From an uncultured Candidatus Poseidoniales archaeon (lineage in GTDB: Archaea; Thermoplasmatota; Poseidoniia; Poseidoniales; Thalassarchaeaceae), in assembly GCA_964563355.1 (NCBI GenBank), contig CAZLVU010000004.1, positions 17,733-81,732 on the forward strand: a stretch of 64,000 nucleotides of DNA. Direction: 5' to 3'. Of the stretch, positions 37,695 to 46,915 are shown piece by piece. Each line of letters starts with the position of its first letter. The stretch's first letter is position 1. The notes under the pieces were generated by a model. The model saw only the letters and a list, made by a program, of their open reading frames with translations, was not told where the DNA came from and did no database searches. A program made the position numbers and the translations under genes.

Positions 37695-40289
37695 TCAAAG
37701 TAATTCTGGGTGGAAGCCGGATCTCCTTAGGACCAGCCTCTCAGCGACAGAGCTGTCCCCCTCCATCATGATTTCAATCGTGAAGTCTGGCCACCTTTCC
37801 ACTGGTTGGGCCAACCATCCAACGAGATCGTGGGTCCTACCTGAAATTGGTGGGCTCTTGTCTCTTACTGACTTTAGGGCCTCAATCAAATCCCGGAGCT
37901 GGTTCAGGTCACGCTGTTCAATGGTTGTCTCTGGAATTCCTCGCAATCTACTTTGAAGGGTTTGGAGTAATTCTGGATGGCATCCCGGGTGAGAAATCGA
38001 GGAAAGTCCGGGTGCTTCGCATTGTTCACCGATTGGACGGAGAATTGTCGCGCACCAAGGTGATTCGTGCACCAGGAGTTCATCGAGGGTTTCTTCCTCG
38101 AGGAACCGCAGCAATATCTGTGAAGAAATCGGTGCCCACCATCCAGGCGGTAGGTCTCTGCGAATGGTTTGAAATGAATCCAGATCTGCCTCGCTAGAAC
38201 CCGTTGCGTGATTGTATAGTCTTGACCAAGTGTTTAGTTTGTGACCTTCGGGTAGTTGCGACCCGCGATCCCTAATTCTCAGAGTCATCTTTTCTACTTC
38301 AGAATCCGACTTTTCGCAATGACGAAGCAACCAAGAAACGCCGACCAATGCGTCAACTGAGTCTCTGGGGGGTTCCGATAGCCATGCTTCAACGCCCCAC
38401 TCTATCAAATCGTTATGTGATTCTTCGGGCAGCCAAGCTGAGTTCTGGATGAACTGAGATGCTACCCATGCAGCACCTCTGCTCGCTTGGGCTGGGTCTA
38501 TTGCGGGCCATGATCTCAGTAGGTTGTCGGGATCCTCCCTCAGTTTTGTTGTAATCTTACTCGCGTAGACCTTTAGGACTGAATCCGGAGCTAAGTCGGC
38601 TAACTCAGAGATTCTGTCAATTGGTAGGTGGTCCATGTCCAGTAAGGCTAGCCACTCAGGATCCAGTCGATTCGAGAGTCGCTGCCACCTAGGCCATCTT
38701 GCCCATTGCGGTGAGGCGATCCACGCAGCAAGTGGATACCTGGCTTCCACCTGGTTGGCCCATTCCTCGTCCCCATCGGGGAATTGAGAAAGAGCCGAAC
38801 CAACAATTGAAACCAAATCTCCCTCTAGTTGTGTGGGTTGGAATTCGTGCTCCACGGGGAGGCTTAGGACGTCCCAAGGAGAAATAGATGGTTGCTCTAG
38901 TTCTTGAACGGATGTAGCGGCCTTAGCCTCCTCGAGAAGTCTGACTGGAAGCTCCTTTCCCGATTTGGTAGAGAATTTTAGCCATGGGAGAGTTCTGATC
39001 CTATCCACTTCAATCCTATCCGAATCTGTGAATTGATCAATTAGTTCGTTCATTAGAACGAGTCTGAGATTTGAACTAGATGCGATCCTATTGAGGAGAT
39101 CGTTTGGGAAATCACTTCCAATCTCAAGAACCAGTGGCAATTCATCAACTTCCAAAGACCATCGGATTAGGGATTCGATTGCAGATTTACCCAGCCCCCT
39201 CAGGTCGATTAGCCTGAACACTGATTCGTCCGTGGAGAATTCTGCACCACCCCAATCCCTTCTGAATCTCCTAAGGGTTGAGTCTTCCGTCTTTACCCTC
39301 CTTGATGTCAACAGTCTGTCCCTCAGTGACTGCAACCTCCTCTTCCTCTCAGTGGCTGTTAACCTGGGATGAGCTCCCTCGATCCAATGGTCGAGGGCCC
39401 TGAGGGGGTATTTTCTGCCTCCAAGTCCCAAACCTCCTAAATCGGCAATTACCAACGCATTTGATTTTGCAGATCTGAGCAATACTGATCTGGGGAGTCT
39501 CTCGCTGATCAAGGCAGCAACTGGTTGGGTTGGTCGGATGTGGGGGGCGTTGATATGAGAAGAGCCCAACAGCCAAGGCCCTCGGTGATAGGTTGGCTCG
39601 TCAAGAGGCGCAGGAGGTTTCGAAGCGGGGGGAGTAAACCACACGCCCGGAGAAACTGTGGTGATTTTTTCGTGCTCAAGTAATCTAGCTCTTATGACTC
39701 CCACCACTGACCGTTTATCCACATATGCCTCAATGCTCTCGGGATCAGCGAGCTGGGGAGGTGCGTCCAGAATCTCCATGTTGGCAATGTCGAACCATCG
39801 GGGGGAACGTTCACTGAGAACTGCCCAATTCCATGACACCCCATGGTTTCTTGTGGAGAGTGACATTCCCTCTGAACTCAAAGGTGGGCGGTTGGGAATC
39901 GAGATCATCGGTTCATCAGGTTGGCTCAGAAAACAGAGTAGGAGGTTTTCTTCATCTCGAAAAATGACGCAGCAGCCATCTTGTTCAGATGATAATTCTG
40001 GGAGGGCCAGTACCTTGGACCACTCATCTTCCTGTAGCGTCCCCCAACCCTTCTCAGTCAATCGAATTTTGGATCCTCTGCTACCTCGTGGAAGGTCACT
40101 TGAAACTAATCCATCGTCCCTCATCCTCCTAATTTCAGCCGATGCGTGAGGGACTCTGAGTGAAGTTTCAGAGGCGAGTTCTGTCACCGTTGCGTCACCT
40201 ATTGCAAGTCTGGAAATCAACCTCCAGCGATGCTTGCTCCTGATTCTTCGCGGTTTGAATGACCGTTCATCGTCGGAAGTAATTGACAC
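37695..40289 (-). CDS. Large protein with N-terminal winged helix-turn-helix
   Basis: LAIGDATVTELASETSLRVPHASAEIRRMRDDGLV...IRLTEKG (MarR/ArsR-type wHTH), followed by ~780 aa Trp/Pro-rich unknown region. Confidence 0.75.
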   Translation of the reverse strand: MSITSDDERSFKPRRIRSKHRWRLISRLAIGDATVTELASETSLRVPHASAEIRRMRDDGLVSSDLPRGSRGSKIRLTEKGWGTLQEDEWSKVLALPELSSEQDGCCVIFRDEENLLLCFLSQPDEPMISIPNRPPLSSEGMSLSTRNHGVSWNWAVLSERSPRWFDIANMEILDAPPQLADPESIEAYVDKRSVVGVIRARLLEHEKITTVSPGVWFTPPASKPPAPLDEPTYHRGPWLLGSSHINAPHIRPTQPVAALISERLPRSVLLRSAKSNALVIADLGGLGLGGRKYPLRALDHWIEGAHPRLTATERKRRLQSLRDRLLTSRRVKTEDSTLRRFRRDWGGAEFSTDESVFRLIDLRGLGKSAIESLIRWSLEVDELPLVLEIGSDFPNDLLNRIASSSNLRLVLMNELIDQFTDSDRIEVDRIRTLPWLKFSTKSGKELPVRLLEEAKAATSVQELEQPSISPWDVLSLPVEHEFQPTQLEGDLVSIVGSALSQFPDGDEEWANQVEARYPLAAWIASPQWARWPRWQRLSNRLDPEWLALLDMDHLPIDRISELADLAPDSVLKVYASKITTKLREDPDNLLRSWPAIDPAQASRGAAWVASQFIQNSAWLPEESHNDLIEWGVEAWLSEPPRDSVDALVGVSWLLRHCEKSDSEVEKMTLRIRDRGSQLPEGHKLNTWSRLYNHATGSSEADLDSFQTIRRDLPPGWWAPISSQILLRFLEEETLDELLVHESPWCATILRPIGEQCEAPGLSSISHPGCHPELLQTLQSRLRGIPETTIEQRDLNQLRDLIEALKSVRDKSPPISGRTHDLVGWLAQPVERWPDFTIEIMMEGDSSVAERLVLRRSGFHPELL

Positions 40290-40532
40290 GAAATATCACC
40301 TACAAATGAAGTCACATTACATCATAGTAATAAAATATACTATTTAGTTACAATTAATTACATATTTCCACTGGAATTGTTAATACTTCCATTAATGCAC
40401 TTATTTTATCAACCTAAAAAGTGCGGTTTTGTGTCACCACATGTAACCAACGAGACAAAAAACATACAGAAGCGTTATATTACCTGCCGCTGTCCTGTGA
40501 AGAGTGGTCCGATGCGGTGCCGCGAGTAGTAT
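40290..40532. promoter_or_regulatory. AT-rich divergent intergenic region with ORB-like box
   Basis: AT-rich tract 40318-40365 immediately followed by tttccactggaa (40365-40376), whose reverse complement TTCCAGTGGAAA is the archaeal ORB core. Confidence 0.5.
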
Positions 40533-40799
40533 ATGGTGGTTAAATTGAGGACAACAAGACTAAGGCAGAAGATCAAGAAATTTCTAGACGAGCGAGGGGA
40601 GGCTAACACCACCGAAATCCTCGAACATGTCAACTCAACAATGAGGCATGGAACCACTCCCCAGCAGCTGGGAAACGTCCTCTCCAAAGACAAGGATATC
40701 CTGAAAGTCGCCACTACCAAAAGAGGTGGGGCGTTGTCTGGCAGATACGAAATCTGTGTCTGGCAAGTTCGTCCAGGGGCCCTAGAAGAGCGAGTCTGA
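40533..40799 (+). CDS. Small basic winged-helix protein (DUF3860-like)
   Basis: IKKFL..G..NT.EI.EH.N...HG.T.QQLGNVL.KDK...SGRY..CVW pattern, as I recall it for DUF3860. Confidence 0.75.
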   Translation: MVVKLRTTRLRQKIKKFLDERGEANTTEILEHVNSTMRHGTTPQQLGNVLSKDKDILKVATTKRGGALSGRYEICVWQVRPGALEERV

Positions 40800-41819
40800 T
40801 CAGGCTTCCAATTCCTGACTCCAGTCGCCGCTGCGTGCCAGCCCATTCATTGCTGCTCTATGTGAAAAGGCAATTTGGCTGGCCTTATCTGGGTCTTCTT
40901 CAGAACTGGCCCAAATTCTGAGCGCTTCGGCTTGCAGAGCCCTGCCATAAGAATAGGAAAGTTGCCATGGGTGTATTGCACCCATACTATTCATCATGTT
41001 GAGATGGGCGGTGGCATCTTCATCCGACTGCCCCCCTGATAGAAACACGATGCCAGGGAGGTTGTGGGGGACGTGTTTAGTTAAGCAGTCGGCAGTCATC
41101 TGGGCAACTTGTTCTCTGGGAGTCTGAATTTCGCAGTCATTGCCGGCGATAATCATGTTTGGCTTCAGCAGGGCCCCGGGAATGTGGACTCCTTGGGAGT
41201 CGCATTCGGAGAATGTAGCTTCTAGGGTAGCTGCTGTGACGTCGTAGCATCTCTGGGCATCATGATTTCCGTCCATTAGCACCTCTGGTTCAATAATTGG
41301 CACCAGGCCCTGTTCCTGACAGATCGCAGCATACCTTGCAAGGGCGTGGGCGTTGGTGGATAGGCAAGTGTCACTAGGCATTCCATCCCCAATCGCAATC
41401 ACAGCACGCCACTTGGCAAATCTTGCACCCATTGTGAAATACTCCTCACAACGCTCTCTGAGGCCATCGAGTCCCTCCGTAACCTTCTCACCCTTATGAT
41501 GGGCGAGTTCCTTCGCTCCTGTGTCTACCTTAATCCCAGGAAGAACGCCCCTATGTGCAAGAAACTCGGGGATGGGTGTGCCATCGTCCATCGATTGGCG
41601 AATAGTTTCGTCGAAAAGGATTACGCCGCTAATTGCAGATTCGTAGCCTTCGGTTGAGAATAAGTTTGCTCGGTAAGCTCTCCTAGACTCGGGTGATGGG
41701 TCTACGCCAACAGCTTCCAATCTATTCGACATTGTCCCATTGCTTTCGTCTGCTGCGAGAATCCCCCGTCCGGGTGAAACCAATTCATTTGCAGTTTTCT
41801 CAAGAAGCTCCTTGTCCAT
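40800..41819 (-). CDS. fba: Class I fructose-bisphosphate aldolase (eukaryotic/bacterial type)
   Basis: GILAADES, GIKVD, GLDGL, FAKWR, LARYAAICQ..GLVPIIEPEV, LLKPNM, FLSGGQS, SYGRALQ. Confidence 0.95.
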   Translation of the reverse strand: MDKELLEKTANELVSPGRGILAADESNGTMSNRLEAVGVDPSPESRRAYRANLFSTEGYESAISGVILFDETIRQSMDDGTPIPEFLAHRGVLPGIKVDTGAKELAHHKGEKVTEGLDGLRERCEEYFTMGARFAKWRAVIAIGDGMPSDTCLSTNAHALARYAAICQEQGLVPIIEPEVLMDGNHDAQRCYDVTAATLEATFSECDSQGVHIPGALLKPNMIIAGNDCEIQTPREQVAQMTADCLTKHVPHNLPGIVFLSGGQSDEDATAHLNMMNSMGAIHPWQLSYSYGRALQAEALRIWASSEEDPDKASQIAFSHRAAMNGLARSGDWSQELEA

Positions 41820-41905
41820 TTCAGTGACCTCAAATCTACGGGGCATGGTCACAGAAAAGAATCCATCGACCCGAAAAATTGTAGGAAATCGACGGTTTGG
41901 TGACT

Positions 41906-42877
41906 TCAAATGACGGTTGTAACGAAGCTATGCTCCATCGAGGAAACGTCAATAATCTCCGAGTGCACTCTAGCAGTGCCCCCTTCCATCATTTCTACGC
42001 CGTTTGTACGGCCACTGCAAACTCCAGTGCCGATGAAGACGGAGTCATTGGAACTGCAAAGCTCGTCACGTTGCCAGACTCTATCGATGTCTTCTGCAAT
42101 CATTCCCTCCGCGCGCTCTCGGTGACCCTCATTCCTAAACACGAGCCGCCCCTCAAAGGGTGCATCCAACCCCCTTAGAGCTGTGGCTGTGATAACTCCC
42201 TCTGGAGCAGCCCCTATTCCCATTAGCATGTCAATGTCTGAGTTGGGGTCCGCTGCGTTTAGGGCAGCTGAGATATCCCCATCCCCAATCAGTACGGGTT
42301 GAACCCCGAGTGCCTTCAAGCCCCTAATCAACTCCTCATGGCGGGGGCGATCCATAACCACTACTTTCAGCTCCACTGGAGTCTTACCAAGTGCCGAGCA
42401 TGCTCCCTCCACATTGTATGGTACATCTGCTTCCAAACTGACTTCGCCAGTGATTTCAGCAGGTCCCGCAATTTTGTCCATGTAGCAATCCGGAGCATGC
42501 AGGAGGGTGCCACGTGGCCCGGCAGCAAGAACGGCCATGGCATTGGGGAGGTCTAGTGCAACATGGTTAGTACACTCAAGGGGGTCGACTGCGATGTCAA
42601 TTGAGGGAGCCGATGGATCCCCTCTCATTGAGCCAAGGGGTTCACCAATCCAGAGCATGGGGGCATCATCACGCTCACCCTCGCCGATTGCAACTCGGCC
42701 GTCAAATGGGACGGTGTCGAATACTGAACGCATTGCTTCAACGGCGGCCCCGTCCGCAGCCTTGCGATCGCCGAGTCCCTTCCATTTGGCGGCTGCGACT
42801 GCCGCAGCCCCCGTAGCTCTGAGGAAGTCCGGGATCAGATCGGCTGTCGACACACGTCCCTGAGGAGGAGGTTGCAT
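41906..42877 (-). CDS. glpX: Class II fructose-1,6-bisphosphatase
   Basis: ADGAAVEAMR, IGEGERD.APML, DIAVDPLE, APDCYMDKI, DRPRH, DGD, GIG.APEGV. Confidence 0.95.
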   Translation of the reverse strand: MQPPPQGRVSTADLIPDFLRATGAAAVAAAKWKGLGDRKAADGAAVEAMRSVFDTVPFDGRVAIGEGERDDAPMLWIGEPLGSMRGDPSAPSIDIAVDPLECTNHVALDLPNAMAVLAAGPRGTLLHAPDCYMDKIAGPAEITGEVSLEADVPYNVEGACSALGKTPVELKVVVMDRPRHEELIRGLKALGVQPVLIGDGDISAALNAADPNSDIDMLMGIGAAPEGVITATALRGLDAPFEGRLVFRNEGHRERAEGMIAEDIDRVWQRDELCSSNDSVFIGTGVCSGRTNGVEMMEGGTARVHSEIIDVSSMEHSFVTTVI

Positions 42878-43336
42878 TCAAAACTGCGGGTCGAACTTCT
42901 TCTTACTGATTACCCGTAATTCGTTAATCATCGAATTCGGATACTGTCCGTTTTCGTCCTTCTCGAATGATTTGAGCATGTCCCATGCGCACAAAAGGCC
43001 AGCACTGACTCCGCAAAGAGCCTCCATCTCCACGCCTGTGTTCCAGTGTGTTCGCACGGATACGGTGCAGCGAAGTCCGGTTTCCTCGACGTCCCAAACC
43101 ACCGTGCAGCCCTCAATTGGAATGAGGTGGCAATGGGGCAGCATTCGTGGAGTCTCCTTCACGGACTGGATTGCGGCCACGGTAGAGGCCTCGCGAACAT
43201 CTCCCTTAGGAGAGCGTCCATTTGCAACTACGTCTAGTGAATCGGGTGAAAGAACGAGGATCCCTGTGGCCACCGCCTCACGCGCCAAGATGGGTTTTGA
43301 TCCAACATCGACAATTCCGTTCCAAGATTCGGTCAA
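42878..43336 (-). CDS. moaC: Cyclic pyranopterin monophosphate synthase
   Basis: VDV..K...REA.A.G, KGDV, K.T...P.CH, TGVEMEAL, WDM.K. Confidence 0.93.
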   Translation of the reverse strand: MTESWNGIVDVGSKPILAREAVATGILVLSPDSLDVVANGRSPKGDVREASTVAAIQSVKETPRMLPHCHLIPIEGCTVVWDVEETGLRCTVSVRTHWNTGVEMEALCGVSAGLLCAWDMLKSFEKDENGQYPNSMINELRVISKKKFDPQF

Positions 43337-43429
43337 CAGCTCACCAGTGGACTCCCGGGGACGCGCCTCCCTATTCAGTGCCTCGGGTTATAGCACTGGA
43401 ATGAAATACCAACATATGGATTGGCGTGC

Positions 43430-43690
43430 ATGGCGGAGGCGTTCCGGGAACGGGCAACGCCCGGGATGGTGCCTGTGCTGAAATCGGGTCTGCCCCATGA
43501 TCGGCCAGTATCCGAAGGTACGAAGCTACAGGTTATCGACAGCCTCTGCGTGGGCTGCTCCTACTGCTTGATGGCTTGCAATGATGACGCTTTGGTTGTC
43601 GAGGGTCTGTGCGAAGTCATCGAGCAGAACTGCACAGACTGTCTCAGATGCCTCCTGTGGTGTCCAACTGGTGCCCTGATTTACTCGTAG
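43430..43690 (+). CDS. 2x[4Fe-4S] ferredoxin
   Basis: CVGCSYCLMAC and CTDCLRCLLWCP. Confidence 0.85.
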   Translation: MAEAFRERATPGMVPVLKSGLPHDRPVSEGTKLQVIDSLCVGCSYCLMACNDDALVVEGLCEVIEQNCTDCLRCLLWCPTGALIYS

Positions 43691-43698
43691 GTGATGCG

Positions 43699-45051
43699 GT
43701 GAGCAAACCGAAGGCCGTCGTAATTGGTGCAGGAGTAGGTGGCCTCTCATCTGCAGCCATGCTGGCTCAGACAGGGAATTATGACGTTACTGTGTACGAG
43801 AGAATGTCATTCGCCGGTGGCAGATTCACTCAGCACGATCACGACGGTTTCCAAATTCCCACCGGGGCAGTGCACATGATTCCTCACGGTCGGAGGGGGC
43901 CCTTTGCCAAACTAATCCTAGGGAAGCGTCGAAGGGGGGGCTTGGAACTGGGGAGGCATGGGGTGGATTTCATTCCCACGACGAAATTTGCTTGCCAGCT
44001 TAAAGATGGAAAGCATTACGCCGCGAACTCGGTTTTTGGCATCCTACCGTGGTTTCACTTGAAGAATTCTCTCAATATGCCAAGGCTGCTGGCCTCCAGG
44101 GCCAAGCGTCCTTGGGAAAACGAGACCGTTGATGGGAGAACTTGGCTCAAGAGAATGTTCACCGACGACTTCATTGATTTCCTAGATGCGTTCTCGAACT
44201 TCGCAATCAGCCTTCGTTTCGATCAAATGCCGGCATCGACGGTTGCAAGAATGCTGCAGAACTCATTCTGGAGCGATAGACCGCACGTCCCGAAGGGGGG
44301 GTGCAAGGGAGTCATAAACGGGCTCAGGACGGATTTGAAACGGAACGGAGCTAGGGTCAAACTTTCTCACGAAGTCACCGAAATACTGCCTGGTGATGCG
44401 GAGGAGTCGACCAAGGGGAATCGGTTCTGCATTGGAATCAGAAGGAGGGGCCGGGATAGTGCCACGTGGGTTGGGGCAGATGCCATAGTCCACAATGGGG
44501 GCCACCCCAACCTGCTGGATTCGTTGTCCGACGAGTTTGAATTATCGGAAGGGGTTCGCGAGCAGGTAGCAAACACCCAAGCTGTTGGGGGGATTGGGTT
44601 CGTCTTCGACTTGGATGACAAGATTCCGCATCGTGACAGTGGGGTCACCATGATCCCTAGCCTAGACAGAGTCGGGGGATATGTGATTCCGACCTTCTCG
44701 GAACCCGCTCTGGCACCTGAAGGAAGGCATATGATGATCACTCACCAGTTCGTCCCTGACCCAAGCGTGAAATCCGAGATTGATAAGGGTAGAAATGAGC
44801 TCTATGAGGCGATTCCTTGGCTCTCAGACCATGGAGATGAGCTGTGCGTCCATACTTATCACAGGAACTGGCCGTGCAATCGAGCACCACAGGGTGCTGA
44901 GCTTCCCGCGGACATTGGTGTGGAAGGCATCAGGTTGGTCGGGGATGGAGTCAAGGGGCATGGGTGGATGATGGTCGAAGGCATTGCTGCAAACGTTCCG
45001 GATGCGGTAAGGGATGTCTGCAAGTCAATCGACTCTGGGGGATCAGCCTAA
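43699..45051 (+). CDS. Phytoene desaturase-like (COG1233-type) FAD oxidoreductase
   Basis: VVIGAGVGGL.SAA, GGRF, TGAVHMIPHG..GP, PKGGC, P.LAPEG.H, WPCNR, LVGDG. Confidence 0.82.
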   Translation: MSKPKAVVIGAGVGGLSSAAMLAQTGNYDVTVYERMSFAGGRFTQHDHDGFQIPTGAVHMIPHGRRGPFAKLILGKRRRGGLELGRHGVDFIPTTKFACQLKDGKHYAANSVFGILPWFHLKNSLNMPRLLASRAKRPWENETVDGRTWLKRMFTDDFIDFLDAFSNFAISLRFDQMPASTVARMLQNSFWSDRPHVPKGGCKGVINGLRTDLKRNGARVKLSHEVTEILPGDAEESTKGNRFCIGIRRRGRDSATWVGADAIVHNGGHPNLLDSLSDEFELSEGVREQVANTQAVGGIGFVFDLDDKIPHRDSGVTMIPSLDRVGGYVIPTFSEPALAPEGRHMMITHQFVPDPSVKSEIDKGRNELYEAIPWLSDHGDELCVHTYHRNWPCNRAPQGAELPADIGVEGIRLVGDGVKGHGWMMVEGIAANVPDAVRDVCKSIDSGGSA

Positions 45052-45474
45052 CCCAGCTTTCCAGATCGCGCCATCCTCTCTAACTTCCTTCTTCCAGAGC
45101 GGTGCACTCTTCTTCAGCTCCGAGATTAGCCACGAGCATGCTGAGAATCCCTCCTCCCTGTGAGTAGAGCCAACATGGATGCATACAATGGGCTCACCGG
45201 GGCCAACGGACCCAGTTCGATGAGACATAACCACGGAGCTAATCCCAAACTCGTCTACAGCCTGTTCGGCAAGTTCCTCCAGAACTCCTGGTAGCATCTC
45301 CTCCCAGGCGTCGAACTCCAGTCGCTTGACCTGGGCTCCGTCCTCCTGACCTCGCGTGAGGCCGACAAAACTGACAACGCTGCCGCAGCCATCCGAATCT
45401 ACCAACTTGCGCAGAGCTTCGGGATCGAGTTGGTTTTCGGCGACCTCGATGTGGACACTACCGTTCCTAGGCAT
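45043..45474 (-). CDS. moaE: Molybdopterin synthase catalytic subunit
   Basis: GSVVSFVG.TR, HR.G...GE, S.HR..GF.AC, LK..AP.WKKE. Confidence 0.93.
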   Translation of the reverse strand: MPRNGSVHIEVAENQLDPEALRKLVDSDGCGSVVSFVGLTRGQEDGAQVKRLEFDAWEEMLPGVLEELAEQAVDEFGISSVVMSHRTGSVGPGEPIVCIHVGSTHREEGFSACSWLISELKKSAPLWKKEVREDGAIWKAGLG

Positions 45475-45574
45475 GCTCTCGACCCCTGAGCGATGGCATT
45501 CCTGCTTCAATCCGCCGCTTGCGAACCATTCATTCCCGGAACTTCGGTCGCGGGAACAAGACTGAGGCCTAGAC

Positions 45575-46837
45575 GTGACATTGAGTAGCATTGGTGCAGG
45601 GGGGTTCGAAGAAGATGCAGGTACGATCCGCATCCTCGGTGCTGGATTGTCTGGATTAGCTGCGGCAACCATTCTAGCTCGCGCTGGAAGGGAGGTTCAT
45701 GTTCACGAGATTCGTGAAGACAGCGGGGCCCGTTTCGACGGGGACTTCCAAGGAATAGAAAACTGGACCAGTCAAGTTGACTTCTTCGATGAGATGCGGG
45801 ACTGGGGGCTCGAACCGGAGGAATTCAAGTCTAATGACTTCGAAGTCATTGATCTCGCTCACCCTGACGATGTGATTTCCCAGCCCCGCACTGACGGCGT
45901 CGCCTTTAGGATCGTACAGAGGGGCACTGAAGAGCACACTATCGACCAAGCGCTAAAGCGCATGGCAATCGAATCAGGTGCCCAGATTCATTACGGCTCG
46001 CGTAGGAGCCCAGAAGACTGTAACATTGTCGCTGCAGGACCTAGGGAGTCCAGCGCAGTGGCCTTCGGTGAAATTTTTCACACCGATCATCCCAATCATG
46101 TCACATTCCAGTTGAATGACAAACTGGCTCCCGGCGCATACTCTTACCTGATCATCATCGACGGGATAGGTCTGATCTGCACCTGCCTGTGGCGTCAACA
46201 GCGGAAAAGCGGTCGCTACCTCAACGAGACCATAGCCTGGTATGAGCAGCACTACGACCTTAACAGGAAACCAATCAAACGAGTGGGTGGCAAGGGAGAC
46301 TTCGGGCTACCGACGAAGTACATGCACGAGGGACGCTATTACGTCGGGGAAGCGGGGGGGCTTCAGGACTTCATGTGGGGATTCGGCATGCGATACGCAA
46401 TCACCAGCGGTGTGCTTGCTGCAAAGGCAATTCTGGGGGAATGCGATTATGAAGCTGAGGTGCGGCGACGCCTAGTCCCCTTAGTCAGGGCTAGCGCAAT
46501 CAATCGCTTCCTAATGAACAGAGTCGGCAATCGTGGTTTCAAGATGGTTGCGAGATACTGGATGCGGGACCAGCGGCGCAAGGGCGACGGGTTAGCATTC
46601 ATGCAATGGCTCTACAAACCCGGCCTGGGACGCAGGATGATCTGGCCGATAGTGAGGCTAGGTATGCTTAGTCGCAAGAAACTGGAAGACGGGCGGACCG
46701 TGCATCGAATGCCATTCAGGAAGGCTCTCAGAAGAGACGTGTGGGAACCAAGTGCAAGGGCCACGGAGATCAGTGAGGAGTGGAGGGCAATCCAGAGGCA
46801 CGGGGGCAAGAAGTCCTTTGTTGCAGAGGAAGAATAG
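45575..46837 (+). CDS. Geranylgeranyl-reductase-like FAD oxidoreductase
   Basis: ILGAGLSGL, APGAYSY, YVGEAGG.QD..WGFGMRYA..SG.LAA. Confidence 0.78.
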   Translation: MTLSSIGAGGFEEDAGTIRILGAGLSGLAAATILARAGREVHVHEIREDSGARFDGDFQGIENWTSQVDFFDEMRDWGLEPEEFKSNDFEVIDLAHPDDVISQPRTDGVAFRIVQRGTEEHTIDQALKRMAIESGAQIHYGSRRSPEDCNIVAAGPRESSAVAFGEIFHTDHPNHVTFQLNDKLAPGAYSYLIIIDGIGLICTCLWRQQRKSGRYLNETIAWYEQHYDLNRKPIKRVGGKGDFGLPTKYMHEGRYYVGEAGGLQDFMWGFGMRYAITSGVLAAKAILGECDYEAEVRRRLVPLVRASAINRFLMNRVGNRGFKMVARYWMRDQRRKGDGLAFMQWLYKPGLGRRMIWPIVRLGMLSRKKLEDGRTVHRMPFRKALRRDVWEPSARATEISEEWRAIQRHGGKKSFVAEEE

Positions 46838-46915
46838 AGAGGGTCTCCTCTCCGTTTGGTTGATATGGCGTCGCTTGGTCGAATCTCCATGACATCGTGG
46901 CCAGAACTCCAGCCG

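Noticed and set aside
37140..37956. Short plus-strand ORFs (37140, 37449, 37525, 37550) over the structured element
   Set aside because: No protein-like motifs. Open frames are expected in GC-rich stem-loop sequence and antisense to real genes.
37999..38012. GAGGAAAGTCCGGG, matching the bacterial RNase P RNA CR-I motif
   Set aside because: It lies antisense inside an intact 864-aa CDS, and I found no matching CR-V or P1 helix downstream. Treated as chance.
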